A stretch of DNA of 64,000 nt from Octopus sinensis. Taxonomy: Eukaryota. Of the stretch, positions 51,220-63,675 are shown piece by piece (position 1 is the stretch's first letter; each line of letters opens with the position of its first letter). The stretch spans positions 82,460,001-82,524,000 of the forward strand of contig NC_043006.1 of the NCBI RefSeq assembly GCF_006345805.1, given 5' to 3'. Below the pieces are notes generated by a model that had not been told where the DNA came from, made no database searches, and was given only the letters and a program-made list of their open reading frames with translations. The position numbers and the translations under genes are program-made.

Positions 51220-51790
51220 TGAGTGAGAGAGCAGTGCATGCCATCAAAGTGACACTGAGGTAAAATATATGAAGCCTAGTATACCCATCATGGCTACCTG
51301 TCTGTTAAAGGTACACCAGGCACATGGATCACAACCGTGTGTGTGTTACATGGTGATCTCATATCAAGATAAACAGCACATGATTTTGCAGGTGGGGGTC
51401 CAGTTACGAATTTTCTTCAGGTCGAGTAGCCATCCTGCTCAAAAGGTCCCTGAATGAGGGTTATTTAAGGATGCTGAACAAAACACCCTTGTTTCCAAAG
51501 GTGAATTATTCAAACCCAAAGAATTCCTCTCAACACATGGCTGTGATGCTCCCCATTACTTCTGCTCATGATCAGAGATGCACATATCATCATCCACTAA
51601 GGGACATGCTCAACTGATTGAAGTCAAACAACTGACAAACAAATATGTGGTATTCTGCTCAATACCACAGATTTGCTTGTCATTTGTTTTGCGCTGTAGC
51701 CCATCTTCTGCTCTAAGACAAAGCATGTACACAATAGCACTTCCAGTCAGTTAAGATCAGAAGCCATGAGAGCCAGTGCCAAGGTATTAG
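51219..51790 (-). mobile_element. Near-full copy of the 555-bp (TAA)n-associated element
   Basis: Reverse complement of 41371-41925, more diverged. Confidence 0.85.
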
Positions 51791-51799
51791 CTACGAAGT

Positions 51800-52360
51800 T
51801 GGCACTTGTTGTTGGGGATCTGGTAGGATGGATCCCAAGAAGATCCATCCCCGACAGCCTTCACCTCATGTGATACATCCTTGAAAAAGTGGCTAAAGAA
51901 CCTGGCATAGGTGGGGCACTAATCAATTTAGATCTGTGTAAAGCTTTTGATAGGATCGACCATCTATACCTGGTGGCAGTCCTCAAGGTAGCTGGTTTCA
52001 GGACTGTATTCAGAGGCTGGCTTACTGCGATGCACAGTGGCATCTGTTCAGTGGTCAGAGTGAATGGTTACCTCTCAGAGCCATTCACCTTCATGTGCTT
52101 AGTTTGGCAAGGTTGTCCCCTCTCGAGCCACTACTACACAAACCGGAGGCATTGAGAGGCCTCCTGTGTGACCTAGGATGTGGGAGATGCATGTCAGCAT
52201 ATGCTGACGATGTCCCTGTAGTGTGTCAAATCATAAATATATAGAAGTGATTGGCACCACTCTCAGGGACTATGAGGCAGTTTCAGGAGCGACAATTAAC
52301 CAAGAAAATCAGTGGGCTTGCAGCTCACTACCTAGAGAAGCAAGTCCATGCTGCCCATCT
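51800..52360 (+). mobile_element. L1/Tx1-type LINE reverse-transcriptase fragment
   Basis: ALINLDLCKAFDRIDHLYL...VRVNGYLSEPF...QGCPLS, then frameshifted SAYADDV and YEAVSGATINQEK. Confidence 0.88.
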
Positions 52361-52437
52361 GTGTCCTGGGATTGATTTGCTCTACTAAAGGTGGTGCTCC
52401 AGCATGGCTGCAGTCAAATGACTGAAACGAGTAAAAG

Positions 52438-52481
<44 letters not shown>

Positions 52482-52499
52482 CATTATTATTATTATTAT

Positions 52500-52821
52500 T
52501 ATTTTCTTCCATTTCTTGCCGGGTGTTTTCCATACACCTAGGGCAGAGAACCTCATTGTATGCATTCCTAGATTACACACACAAATTCACAGGTAAAATA
52601 TGTACTTAAAAAATTAATGAATAAATAAATTCATGAATGGATGTTGTTTTCACAGCGATAATGCTCTTCTCAGTACATGAGCCGTTCCAGTCAACACTAT
52701 CTTTTGCACTTCCTGTCGAGATGGTAAGCCTGGTATCATTTTCAAATAGGTTTCAGTACCTTTTTTTATCAATCCTAGAGATTCCACAATCACTGGTACT
52801 GTAGTCGCCCTGAGATGCCAC
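52500..52821 (-). mobile_element. 5'-truncated R4/Dong-like RLE retrotransposon in (TAA)n
   Basis: 52650-52821 reads WHLRATTVPVIVESLGLIKK/TETYLKMIPGLPSRQEVQKIVLTGTAHVLRRALSL*; (TAA)n on both sides. Confidence 0.82.
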
Positions 52822-52838
52822 TATTATTATTATTATTT

Positions 52839-52876
<38 letters not shown>

Positions 52877-53569
52877 TTATTTTATTTTATTTTTTTTTAT
52901 GGCAAGTACACCTTGGGAATAAGTAAACTTCTGTAACTAGCAGCAGTATCCTAACTGTGTGTGAATATACTAATCCATTCACTAAAGTCTTTTATTCTAA
53001 AACATTCCCAAGAAATATAATAAAAACAAAGCAATCTGTTATTGAGTTCACTGAATTAACAAGATTGTTTACTTTCGGTTGAAAACTATGAAATACAAAG
53101 AAATCATTTTTGTTTCTTCAGTGTATATTTCTAAGAAGGCAAAACAATAATAACGATAATACAACATAAGATAAAATAAAAAATAAGAATAATAAAAATA
53201 ATTGAAAAAATACAAAAGAAAGAAACTGTTGTGTTTACATTCAGATATCCTGGCATTCTGCTGAATTGGCAATATCGTTGAAAGGTTGCAAGTACAAAAG
53301 TGTAAGGAAATACAAACACATAAGCCTTATACTTAATGGCAATGATTAATTAGACAGAAAGATATATAATAGATATTTCCTCAGGTACCAAGTTTTTTTT
53401 TTGGTTATCCAAGAAGTTAGTATTATTAAACCATCATTGGTTATAAAATATACTATTTCTAAGTGAGGGATATAGAACCACACATGATTCAGTAAGACTA
53501 TTAGACAAAGTATTGGAGCTAGAAATGATTATTAAGTCAATAAGGTACAGTTACCTTTTCAAGACATGC

Positions 53570-53793
53570 TAACTCATAAGGGCCAGTTTCCTCGTTTCCA
53601 TGGCGTATAAATTCACCACCTGGATGGGATGCTGGCCCATTACAGGATTACTCATTTTTGCCAGCTAAGTGGACTGGAGCAAAGTGAAATGAAGTGTTTT
53701 GCTCAAGAACACCACACGTTGCCTGGTCTAGAAATTGAAATCACAATCTTATGATCATGAGCCCAACACCCTAACCACTAAGCCATTCACCTC
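53570..53793 (-). mobile_element. tRNA-headed Meta-like SINE
   Basis: Head GGAGGTGAATGGCTTAGTGG; ...GCCAGCATCCCATCCAGG motif. Confidence 0.8.
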
Positions 53794-53904
53794 CACATTA
53801 AGTGAATAAAGTTACTAGTCAACTAGCTGAAGGGTTGAAAGCTCATATAACTTGTTCCCTTAAACTACACTCTGTCCCTAACTAAGACATTGTCAAGTTT
53901 ATCT

Positions 53905-54136
53905 CTTATTTCTTTACTGCCCAGAAGGGGCCAAACATAGAGGGGACAAACAAGGACTGACAAAGGGATTAAGTCGATTACATCAACCCCAGTGCGTAAC
54001 TGATTCTTATTTTATTGACCCCGAAAGGATGAAAGACAAAGTCGACCTCGGCGAAATTTGAACTCAGAACGTAACAGCAGACGAAATACCGCTAAGCATT
54101 TCGTCCGGCGTGATATTTCTGCCAGCTCGCCGCCTT
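53905..54136 (-). mobile_element. ~240-bp SINE (AAGGCGGCGAGCTGGCAGAA head), best-preserved copy
   Basis: B-box-like GAGTTCAAATT, GTCGACTTTG...GGGGTC body. Confidence 0.8.
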
Positions 54137-54719
54137 ATCTCTGTTGTGTATGTTTATATATTCAGCTCTTTACATCTTGACAGACAGTCTCTAAGCAGTG
54201 GAGAATGTCTTAATTAGATATTTGTAGTCTTCTTCCTGCAGCTTCTCTCATGGCTGATCCTTCCTATGTTTGACGAGCAAGTTCATCTGCAAAATCTGCA
54301 AACAAGGAAGATGCTGCAGGGCTGTGATGTGTTGTCTTTCTTGCTTTGGAATTTTGCTTTGAAGGCAAGGATGTGTTCTTCTTCAAGCTGTTTGGCTTCT
54401 TTAAACATATTTACTTAGAATGATTATATTAAATCTATAGCTAAATTTGTGAAGGCATTTGGCTGAGTTGTAAAGGTGTAGCACACACAATCATTGATTC
54501 CTGGTGAACTTCAGAACTTTGTTTTGGGACAAATACTTTATTTCACTTTGCTCCAGTCCATTCAGCTGGAGAGGAGTTCCAGCAAAAAGTTGAGAAGTTA
54601 ACTCTGTGATGAACCAGCGGTTAGTGGGGGAGTGTTGAAATCACAATCACCATGGAAACCTTAACTTGCCTTACGACCCATGACAGACATAACTGCATTA
54701 TTAACTACTATAAAGGATT

Positions 54720-55140
54720 TGTTCTATATCTGTCAAGCTCATCAGTATCATATCTTTGAACATATCCTTTGTCTTTATATGTCTTTTATTCATTTCTTAA
54801 GAAATATGTTGTCACTTCTGGAGCAATACCCCCGCTGATGTTCTTTCCCACTTTGATCAAATTCAAAATTTAGTTTCTAACATTGTTGGTCCCTGTTTTG
54901 GCAGCTAAACTCCAACCCCTCTTTCATTACTGAGACTTTTCTTTTTCATCTTTATTCAATAAATAATTCCAGGCTGGTTGTTCTGCTAAACTTTCATCTC
55001 TTGTTCCTTCCCTTGAGGTTACTAATTGAATGACTCATCTTTTCTCTAATTCTCATCTTTTCATTGTTGTCCTCTCTTTTAAGAAGAGTACATAATGTAC
55101 ACAATTCCTCATCTTTCAAATATAGAACTATATTAATGTA
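54720..55140 (-). pseudogene. Possible ancient LINE ORF remnant
   Basis: Stop-riddled LNLIKVGKNISGGIAPEV loosely resembles the K.GKAPGPDGIP.E motif before RT domains. Confidence 0.25.
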
Positions 55141-55379
55141 CTCAGAGTTGTGTACTTGTGTATCACTTTATATTTTTTTCAAGCTCTGACAGAAACAGCT
55201 GTAAGCTTAGGAAATTCGTTATATAATTTCTTTTTCCCATTGTCATTTATACGGTCTCATATTACATTCAGTACTTGATCAATGCTTTTTCTCATGTATA
55301 TTGAGTTCTAACACTAGGTTATTAGTATCACTATACATAGACAAAATATCAAAGCATATGTATGTATATGTATGTATCT

Positions 55380-56077
55380 AGGAGTGGCTGTGTGATAAGT
55401 AGCTTGCTTACCAACCACATGGTTCCGAGTTCAGTCCCACTGCAAGTGTCTTCTACTATAACCTTGAGCCAATCAAAGCCTTGTGAGTGGATCAGGCAGA
55501 TGGAAACTGTAAGAAGCCCATCATATATATATATATATATATATACATATCATCATCATCATCATCGTTTAACATCCATTTTCCATGCTAGTATGGGTTT
55601 GATAGTTCAACTGGGGTCTGGGAAGCCAGGAGGCTGCACCAAGTTCCAGTCTGATCTGGCAGTGTTTCTGCAGCTGGATGCCCTTCCTAGCGCCAACCAC
55701 TCCATGAGTGTAGTGGGTGCTTTTTACGTGCCACTGAACAGGGGCCAGAGGAGGCTGGCAGCAGCCATGATTGGTTGGTGCTTTTTATGTGTCACTGGCA
55801 CGGACATCATCATCATCACCATCATCATCGTTTAGCATCCGCTTTCCATGCTAGCATGGGTTGGACGGTTCAACTGGGGTCTGGGAAGCCAGAAGACTGC
55901 ACCAGGCCCAGTCTGATCTGACAATGTTTCTATGCCTGGATGCCCTTCCTAACGCCAACCACTCTGTGCTGGCAATGGCCATGATCGGATGGTGCTTTTT
56001 ATGTGCCACCGGCATGGAGGCTATATATATATATATATATATATATTACAGATATAGGGTGAAAAATCATTAATTTA

Positions 56078-56110
<33 letters not shown>

Positions 56111-56375
56111 ATATATATATATGTATGTATGTATGTATGTATATATATATATGTATGTATGTATGTATATGTTTGTGTGTCTGTGTTTGTCCCCTTGACA
56201 TCGCTTGACAACCATTGCTGGTGTGTTTACGTCCCCGTAACTTAGCAGTTCGGCAAAAGCAACCAATAGAATAAGTACAAGGCTTACAAAGAATAAGTCC
56301 AGGGGTCGATTTGCTCAACCATAGGTGGTACTCCAGCATGGCCACAGTCAAATGACTGAAACAAATAAAAGAATA
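55380..56375 (+). mobile_element. OK-like SINE split by two nested minus-strand RTE-like copies (55550-56012)
   Basis: Head 55380-55520, tail 56170-56375. Confidence 0.8.
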
Positions 56376-57874
56376 AAAAAAAAGAATATCGCCTACATGT
56401 TTTCCTTTTAGTTTTACTTACATTACATGAGTCGATTACACACCTACATTGAGAACATTACTAATGTTTATGGAAAGCATGTATCCATTATTGAGTTATA
56501 TTTCCGTATACAGGAATCACTTTTATATTAGACACTGTTTGCAGAAATATTACATTGTCTTCATATGAAGTCAGCCTTTAAGAGAATTTAGAAATTACAT
56601 TAAGGTGACAATTCATATTCTTGTTTACATCCGATATAATTAAATCTATGCGTATATGAAATCTAAATGTGGTACGCAGATGAAAATAAAATTGAATTGA
56701 GTACTGAATGGGACTTGAAACCATATGCTTCAATTTAATGTTTGAACAGATTTAATTATGATCTGAGGTAAATGTTTCTCAGCTTTATTCTGTTTGCATG
56801 AAAATATTACGGCTTCTGTAAATTAGATAATTTGTTTGTATGATGTTAACAATATTACTATGGCTAAGAGAATTTTAAAATTACATTAGATGTTTTATTT
56901 TAGCTAAGTTTTCTTATTTTTAAAAAATCTTTTTTGTTGGCATTTTTATACAATGCACTCTATGGTAGACATAAATCTATGGAAGAAGACACATCTTGTG
57001 TAAGGTGTTATACAAAGAAATTAAACCTGGAACCACGCATCTGTGAAATAAACTTTATAGCCACATGGCTATACCTATGGCTAGTTCACACAAATCTTAC
57101 AGCCAATTGGTTCAACCAACTAAAAATAAAATCCCGAATCACTCTCATATCATACCCTACCAAATTAAAAACATGAAGAATGTATTAGATAATATATAAC
57201 CTGGATGGGATAGGTATGGTTGGAATGTCTTTATCATAGTCTCTCTGATCAGGACTGGTCTAGGCAACAGAAACTGGTTAGTGTTGGTATTGTTGTTTAT
57301 CTATTTTAAATCTAAGCATTCAACTATAATGAAATCAAAATAATGAAATCAAATAGTCTTCAATTAATTATGGACACGTTTCTGGATTAGAATAATAAGA
57401 CTCATTTCCTTTGTCAACATAATATTTCGATAATTATAAATCTGAAGATGCTATTTCTAAAATTTTCAGTATGTGGTCAAGCAACTTGTGGTTAAACCCT
57501 TATTGTTATATTTATATATAAAAAAACTTTTTGTATAAGTTTTTACCGAATATGGTCCTTTTCCATACCGAAACACTACTAGGTGAAATTTGTTGATTTT
57601 ATTAAATTAATGATTTTTCACCCTATATCTGTAATATATATATTATATATTTATATATAAGAATGTATATGAATATATTTGGAGAAAGATTTTTTTTAGT
57701 TAATAATTATTAATTATACAAAAAGTTTCTTAAAGACAAAAGTGATTACTACATATGTGATGGAAAGAAGTTTTTATGTAAGCACTTTTCCCTGTGTTCA
57801 GTTACTCAAACACATGTGCTAATGACTCTGGTTTTTGTTATAAATTTTTATTTCTCACTGTTTGCTACAACCAG

Positions 57875-57886
57875 TACCTGTCCCCG
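57875..57886 (+). CDS. Candidate 12-nt microexon
   Basis: Long pyrimidine-rich tract ending CCAG|TACCTGTCCCCG|GTGAGT. Confidence 0.45.
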
Positions 57887-57970
57887 GTGAGTTTTCAGTT
57901 GAGCACTCTTTACTGGAAGCATTTGAGTGATATTTAGCCTAAACTTATCTTTTTCTGTGTCTCCCACCAG

Positions 57971-58038
57971 TTCTGAGGCACCTTAATGGAGTCATGAGGG
58001 CTGTTGTTTCTCCTTTGACTATGCCATTAAAAAACTAA
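57971..58038 (+). CDS. Candidate terminal exon (VLRHLNGVMRAVVSPLTMPLKN*)
   Basis: 84-nt intron with CTTTTTCTGTGTCTCCCACCAG acceptor; in frame with the microexon; AATAAA overlaps the stop. Confidence 0.42.
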
Positions 58039-58287
58039 TAAATTGTGTACATCCAGAGGAATGAGACTATGGAGCTGCTGTTAGTATTACTACAGCTGTT
58101 GTTGTTAGGTTTCATGCTTTATTTGTGATAAAATAGAATTATTATTGTTGATATCTTTTTTGAACCCATTCTCAAAAACTTAGTTCCAACTTTTTACTGA
58201 CAAAAGTACCATTCCCAACTTCACACATTACATCTCTTAAGCTCTTCAGAATCAGATAGTATTTATGTTCTTCACATCAATGTGATA

Positions 58288-58740
58288 TCATCATCATCAT
58301 CGTTTAACATCCGCTTTCCATGCTAGCATGGGTTGGACGATTTGACTGAGGACTGGTGAACCAGATGGCTACACCAGGCTTCAATCTTGATCTGGCAGAG
58401 TTTCTACAGCTGGATGCCCTTCCTAATGCCAACCACTCCGAGAGTGTAGTGGGTGCTTTTATGTGCCACCGGCATGGGGCCAGTCAGGCGGTACTGGCAA
58501 CGACCTCGCTCAAATCTTTTACACATGCCACCGGCACAGGTGCCAGCAAGGCGATACTGGCAACGATCACGCTCGGATGGTGCTCTTTAAGGCAATGCTG
58601 GTAACAATCATGTTCGAATGGTGCCTTTTAAGTGCCACTGGCACGGAAGCCGGTTAGCCACTCTGTCAATGATCACACTCATATGGTGCTCTTTGCACCC
58701 TGCTAGCACGGATGCCAGTCATCGAATTTGATTTTGATTT
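58288..58740 (-). mobile_element. RTE-like (GAT)n-tailed element with ~5 units
   Basis: Reverse complement of the 4170-4735 layout with fewer units. Confidence 0.82.
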
Positions 58741-59362
58741 TTGCAGCTGATATGGGAATTGCTGCTAGGCTTGTTACAGTAACTTCTCACTTTAACTGCC
58801 ACATATTACACCAATGGTTCATCACAAACTTGACACAACTGCCTGTAACAGGCCATGGCAGTTGATGTGTTCAAGTGTTAGATACAGGTTATGATAAACT
58901 ATTTGATCTGAACATAAGAACAGAAGTATATTTCCATTTCTATTTGTTTTCCTTTCAGTTCAGTTTTATCAATTCTATTTCTTTAATAATCTATTCCAAC
59001 AAACATTCTGTAATTATGGTTAAGTAGGAAAAACAAAGACAAAGAAAAACGAATGTAAAACAAAACAATAAAATTAAATAGGGAAAAAAATAAAAATGAA
59101 AAACAAAACACCAAAATTAAAAAAAAATTTATAAATTAAAATGAAGCATAAGTGTGAACCTTAATTAAATAATTGCTTTTTTTCTTCTTTCTCTCCAATA
59201 TTTGTTTCTATTTCCTTTTATTAACGAAGGAGTATTTTCTGCTATTTTTTGGTTCTTATATTTTTCTTTCGCCAAATTTCTATAATTTCTTTTTTTTTTC
59301 GAGATATGAAAAGTACCAAAGAAAAAAGTTCTATTTCCCTGACTATTGTTTACAAAACTCAC

Positions 59363-59419
59363 CATTGATATAGTTCTATTATATTTCATGTCTTCTTTCT
59401 CATCTGAAGAACTTGAATC
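59363..59419 (-). CDS. Candidate 57-nt symmetric exon (DSSSSDEKEDMKYNRTISM)
   Basis: Long T-rich tract ending TTCTTATACCAG, ATG|GTGAGT donor, phase 0/0. Confidence 0.45.
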
Positions 59420-60246
59420 CTGGTATAAGAAATTCACCGAAGAGAAAATAAATAAAGAAAAGAAAGATATGGGGGTGTTGAACGTAAAAAAAAAAAAAGA
59501 CGGAACCCCTTTCAGCAAACCCTTACACACAGCCATTACCATAAAAAAAACAAAACAAACTGAAGAATAAAAATATTTAACAAAAGGAATATTTCATATG
59601 TAGCAAAATAAATTTGAAATAGATGTTTTTTCTTTAATATATATATATTTTTCTCTGTGTTTTCATTTATTATCATTTTTCATTTTTCTTTATTTGTTGC
59701 ATACAAAATTGGAACAGTTTGAAGTTGGTATATAAATGACAAATGACTGGTTTCTGCTTCATTTGAACCATACTCAAAGATTTTATACTATTAGTCTCTA
59801 TATTGGAGATAAAAGCTGTCATCAATAGGCAATGGTCACACTTGGTATGAGGGTGGCTGTTGATGTCATACCATTAGATACGGAGTTCAAATCATAATCA
59901 CAATACGAAAAAAAACACAAGCATTTTTATGTTTCTACCATAGGTAAGTATTGGCACATTTTATGTGAATAAACATAAAAAAACATGCTATACATATAGT
60001 TATATGAATATATCAATATGATATATGTATATGAGTGTGTGCATAATATATATAAAATGTATATATGTATATATGATATATATATATAATACATATATGT
60101 GTTTATGTAATGTATATTAAACAAAGAATCAATTAGTTAGTTGGATGTTTAACCAATTAACTAATAATGAAGGAGTGGAATTCAGCCAGTGCATGTCTAA
60201 CCAATATTGACATAAACACTCTCCCTAGACACAACAAAATATAAGA

Positions 60247-60293
<47 letters not shown>

Positions 60294-60639
60294 TTATTGC
60301 CCACAGGGAGCTAAACATAGAGGGGACAAATAAAGGGTTGAAGTTGATTACATTGACTCCAGTGTGTAACTGGTACTTATTTAATCAACCCCGAAAGGAT
60401 GAAAGGCAAAGTTGACTTCTGTGGAATTTGAACTCAGAATGTAATGGCAGATGAAATATCACAAGGCATTTCGCCAGTTCATTGCCCTATATATACATGC
60501 ATATGTACATACATATACATACTCAATAACATCTTTGATCAAAACAGGTGTTTGTATAAATACAAAGATTGTATAAATAAACTAAAGATATGTATGTGTA
60601 TATACACACATATATATGCATCCTCATCATCCCCCATCA

Positions 60640-60930
60640 TTGTTTTATGGCATCTTTTCATGTTGCCATGAGTTTAACAGGTTGCCACTCTCAGACCTGA
60701 CACATATTAAGGAGTGTGAAGGTCTGTGTCTCCTTTGGGAGTTTGATTTTGGCTTGATTTCTATCCTTGGATGCCCTTCCTGTTTCTAACCCTCACCCGA
60801 TTCCAAGCAAGGTAATATTTCCCCTGGGCCAGAAATTGTTTCACAGAATATTGGAAATAAATAACACTGCTTGTGTGACAGTGATATTCATTTACAACAA
60901 ACATTTAATATCAGGACGAAGCATTACAAA
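60640..60930 (-). mobile_element. Second RTE-core SINE-like family (also 39170-39400, 48440-48660, 63780-64000)
   Basis: Shared GGATGCCCTTCCTG...CCTCACC..TTCCAAG.AAGGTAATAT segment. Confidence 0.65.
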
Positions 60931-61554
60931 CATACACACTTATATGCATGCACATATACACACACACCTCTCTTTCTCTCTCTCTCTTTCTCTTCCTCTC
61001 TCTCTCCCTCTCTCTAGCTGGGTAACCATGGATCTCCTCTACAGCAAGACATCTGTTTCTGCTTCTCTGTCACACTCCAATCTTTCATCATTTGATACAA
61101 TATCACCTCCTCCAGTGCCCTCTCTTCTCTCAAAGACTCTTTGTCTTGCAAAATCACTTGGTGACCCCCACCAGTGCAAGTGCCACTTAAAAAGCACCCA
61201 GTCCACACTGTAAAATGGTTGACTTTTGGAAGGGCATCCAACTGTAAAAACCACACACCCAAACTGACCTTGTCTGTATGAGTGTTATGTAAAATGTACT
61301 CAGCCCACTCTACGAAGTGGTTGGTGTTAGGAAGGGCATCCATCCATAACAAACAGAAGCATGACACAGGCTCCTACCTGGCCAGCTCCTGTCAAACCGT
61401 CCAATCCATGCCAGCATGGAAGGAGGATGTTAAACAATGATGATGATGATGATGATGATGATATATACACATATAAAGCTGGGCTTCTTTCGGTTCCCAT
61501 TTACCCAATCAACTCACGAGACTGTAGTCAGACTGGGGAAGTAAACTTCTTGAC

Positions 61555-62521
61555 CACAAAGATAAGAAATTGAAAAAAGCAAGTTCAACAGACCATTGAT
61601 TACAATCCCAGAAAGTCCATGAGGTCAATTGCCAAAGATCACCATGTGTTAGAAGGAACAGTCAGAAATTTTGTCCACGTAAACATCAGATATATGTCTC
61701 GTATGATGAGGAAAGATTAATTTGTCAGAAAAAGCAAAAGAAAATCACTTCATCAGATCTAAAAGGCTTTTAAACAAACTGAAAAATCCAGCAGAAGATT
61801 TGATTTGGCTTTTCTCAAACAAGAAAAACTTCAACCAAGATCAAAAGGTTAACAGGAGGAATGACAGATGGTTATGTGCAGACCCTTCTGAAGTTCCAAG
61901 TGTTATGCATACAAAATTTCCTGAAACTGTCATGGTTTTAGGGGTTGTCAGCAATGAAGGACATGTAATGCCTCCTTAATTATTTCCACAAGGCCTTAGA
62001 GTTAACTCTTCCTCCTACATTGGGGTCCTGGAAATATTTGTTAAGCCCTGGATAGACAGTGCATGCAATGGAAGGCCATATGTGCTTCAGTAAGACTCTG
62101 TGCTATCACATATGGCTCTAGTAACACAGGAATGGATGGCTGAAAATTTTCATGATCACATAACCTCTAACATTTAGCCTTCTAATTCCCCAGATCTCAA
62201 TTCATCGGACTACTACATGTGGAGTGTTGCTAAGAGAGAGGTCAATGCACATGCCCATAACAGCAAAGATTCTTTGAAGGATACCATAGTCAGAGTAATG
62301 TCCAAAATGAACCAGGACCACTTGATTCAAGCATGTAGATGATCTCGATCTCATATAGAAGCAGTTGTTGAAGCTAAAGGTGGCTTTATTGAATAACGTT
62401 ATAGAAAAGAAGGTTTATTTTTATCCTCAGAGCATTTTTTGATAAATAAAGTTATTATCTGTTATCATATATCTCGTATTTTATAAACATAAATCTGTAC
62501 TCAAATATCTTATGCACTCTG
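61555..62521 (+). mobile_element. Tc1/mariner maT-type (DD37D) transposon remnant
   Basis: WLFSNKKNFNQDQKVNRRNDRW...VMVLGVVSNEGHVMPP...Q*DSVLSH...SPDLNSSDYYMW with 37 residues between the 2nd and 3rd D; several stops; ends ...GCACTCTG|TA. Confidence 0.88.
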
Positions 62522-62806
62522 TATATATATATATATATATATGGATATGTATATGACAGGCTTCTTTCAGTTTCTGTTTACCAAATCCACTGACAAAGCT
62601 TTGGTTGGGCCAAGGCTATAGTAGAAGACACTTGCCCAAGGTGCCATACAGTTGCACTGAACCCAGAGCCAGGTGGTTGGTAAGCAAGCTACTTAACACA
62701 CAGCCACTCCATATATATATATTATTATATATATATGTGTGTGTGTATATATATAATATGTAAAACTGTATATATATATACATACATACATACATACATA
62801 CATACA

Positions 62807-62842
<36 letters not shown>

Positions 62843-63237
62843 TATGTTTATATTGTCTTTTATTCTTGACAACATTTGTCACTAATATATATATAGAGAG
62901 AGAAAGAAAGAGAGAGAGAGAGAGTCTTCACTAATTACTGCTGCAAACATACCTCCGCAGCAGGTGGATGTTTGCGTGCATATTTACAGGGATACGAAAA
63001 CTCTGCAGTTTGAATTCCAGTTCAGTATCATTGCTGAGGTGGCAGTGAAGTGCCAATGAGAGGTTAGTGTGGTGAAACGTGAAAACTGCTGGCATCAGGA
63101 CAACTCAGTCAGCTGAAACTTTTCAATAACATTCATTAACAATCCATATGTATGTAGATGAGCATATATTCATACCAACATGCATACATACATACATATA
63201 AATACATATATAATATGTATATATATATATAATATAT

Positions 63238-63314
<77 letters not shown>

Positions 63315-63317
<3 letters not shown>

Positions 63318-63675
63318 CGTGGCCGATGCCAGTGCCGCTTCGACTGGCTTCCGTGTCGGTGGCACATAAAAAGCACCATCCGAATCGTGGCCGAAGCCAG
63401 TGCCGCCTCGACTGGCTTCCGTGCAGGTGGCACGTAAAATGCAGCAATCCGACCGTGGCCAATGCCAGCCTCGCCTGGCACCAGTGCAGGTGGCACGTAA
63501 AAAGCACCCACTACACTCACGGAGTGGTTGGCGTTAGGAAGGGCATCCAGCTGTAGAAACATTGCCAGATAAGACCGGAGCCTGGTGCAGCCTTCTGGCT
63601 TCCCAGATCCCCGGTCGAACCGTCCAACCCATGCAAGCATGGAGAACGGATGTTAAACGATGATAATGATGATGA
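63315..63675 (+). mobile_element. RTE-like (GAT)n-tailed element with 68-nt tandem units
   Basis: Unit starts at 63317 and 63385, then a third variant, core and tail. Confidence 0.82.

Noticed and set aside
54150-54410. Coding-like minus-strand segment (MFKEAKQLEEEHILAFKAKF...)
   Set aside because: Frameshifted with stops and unassignable; likely an old transposon relic.
52-62710. Roughly 2:1 minus-strand bias of OK-like SINEs
   Set aside because: Only about 20 copies counted by eye; too few to be meaningful.
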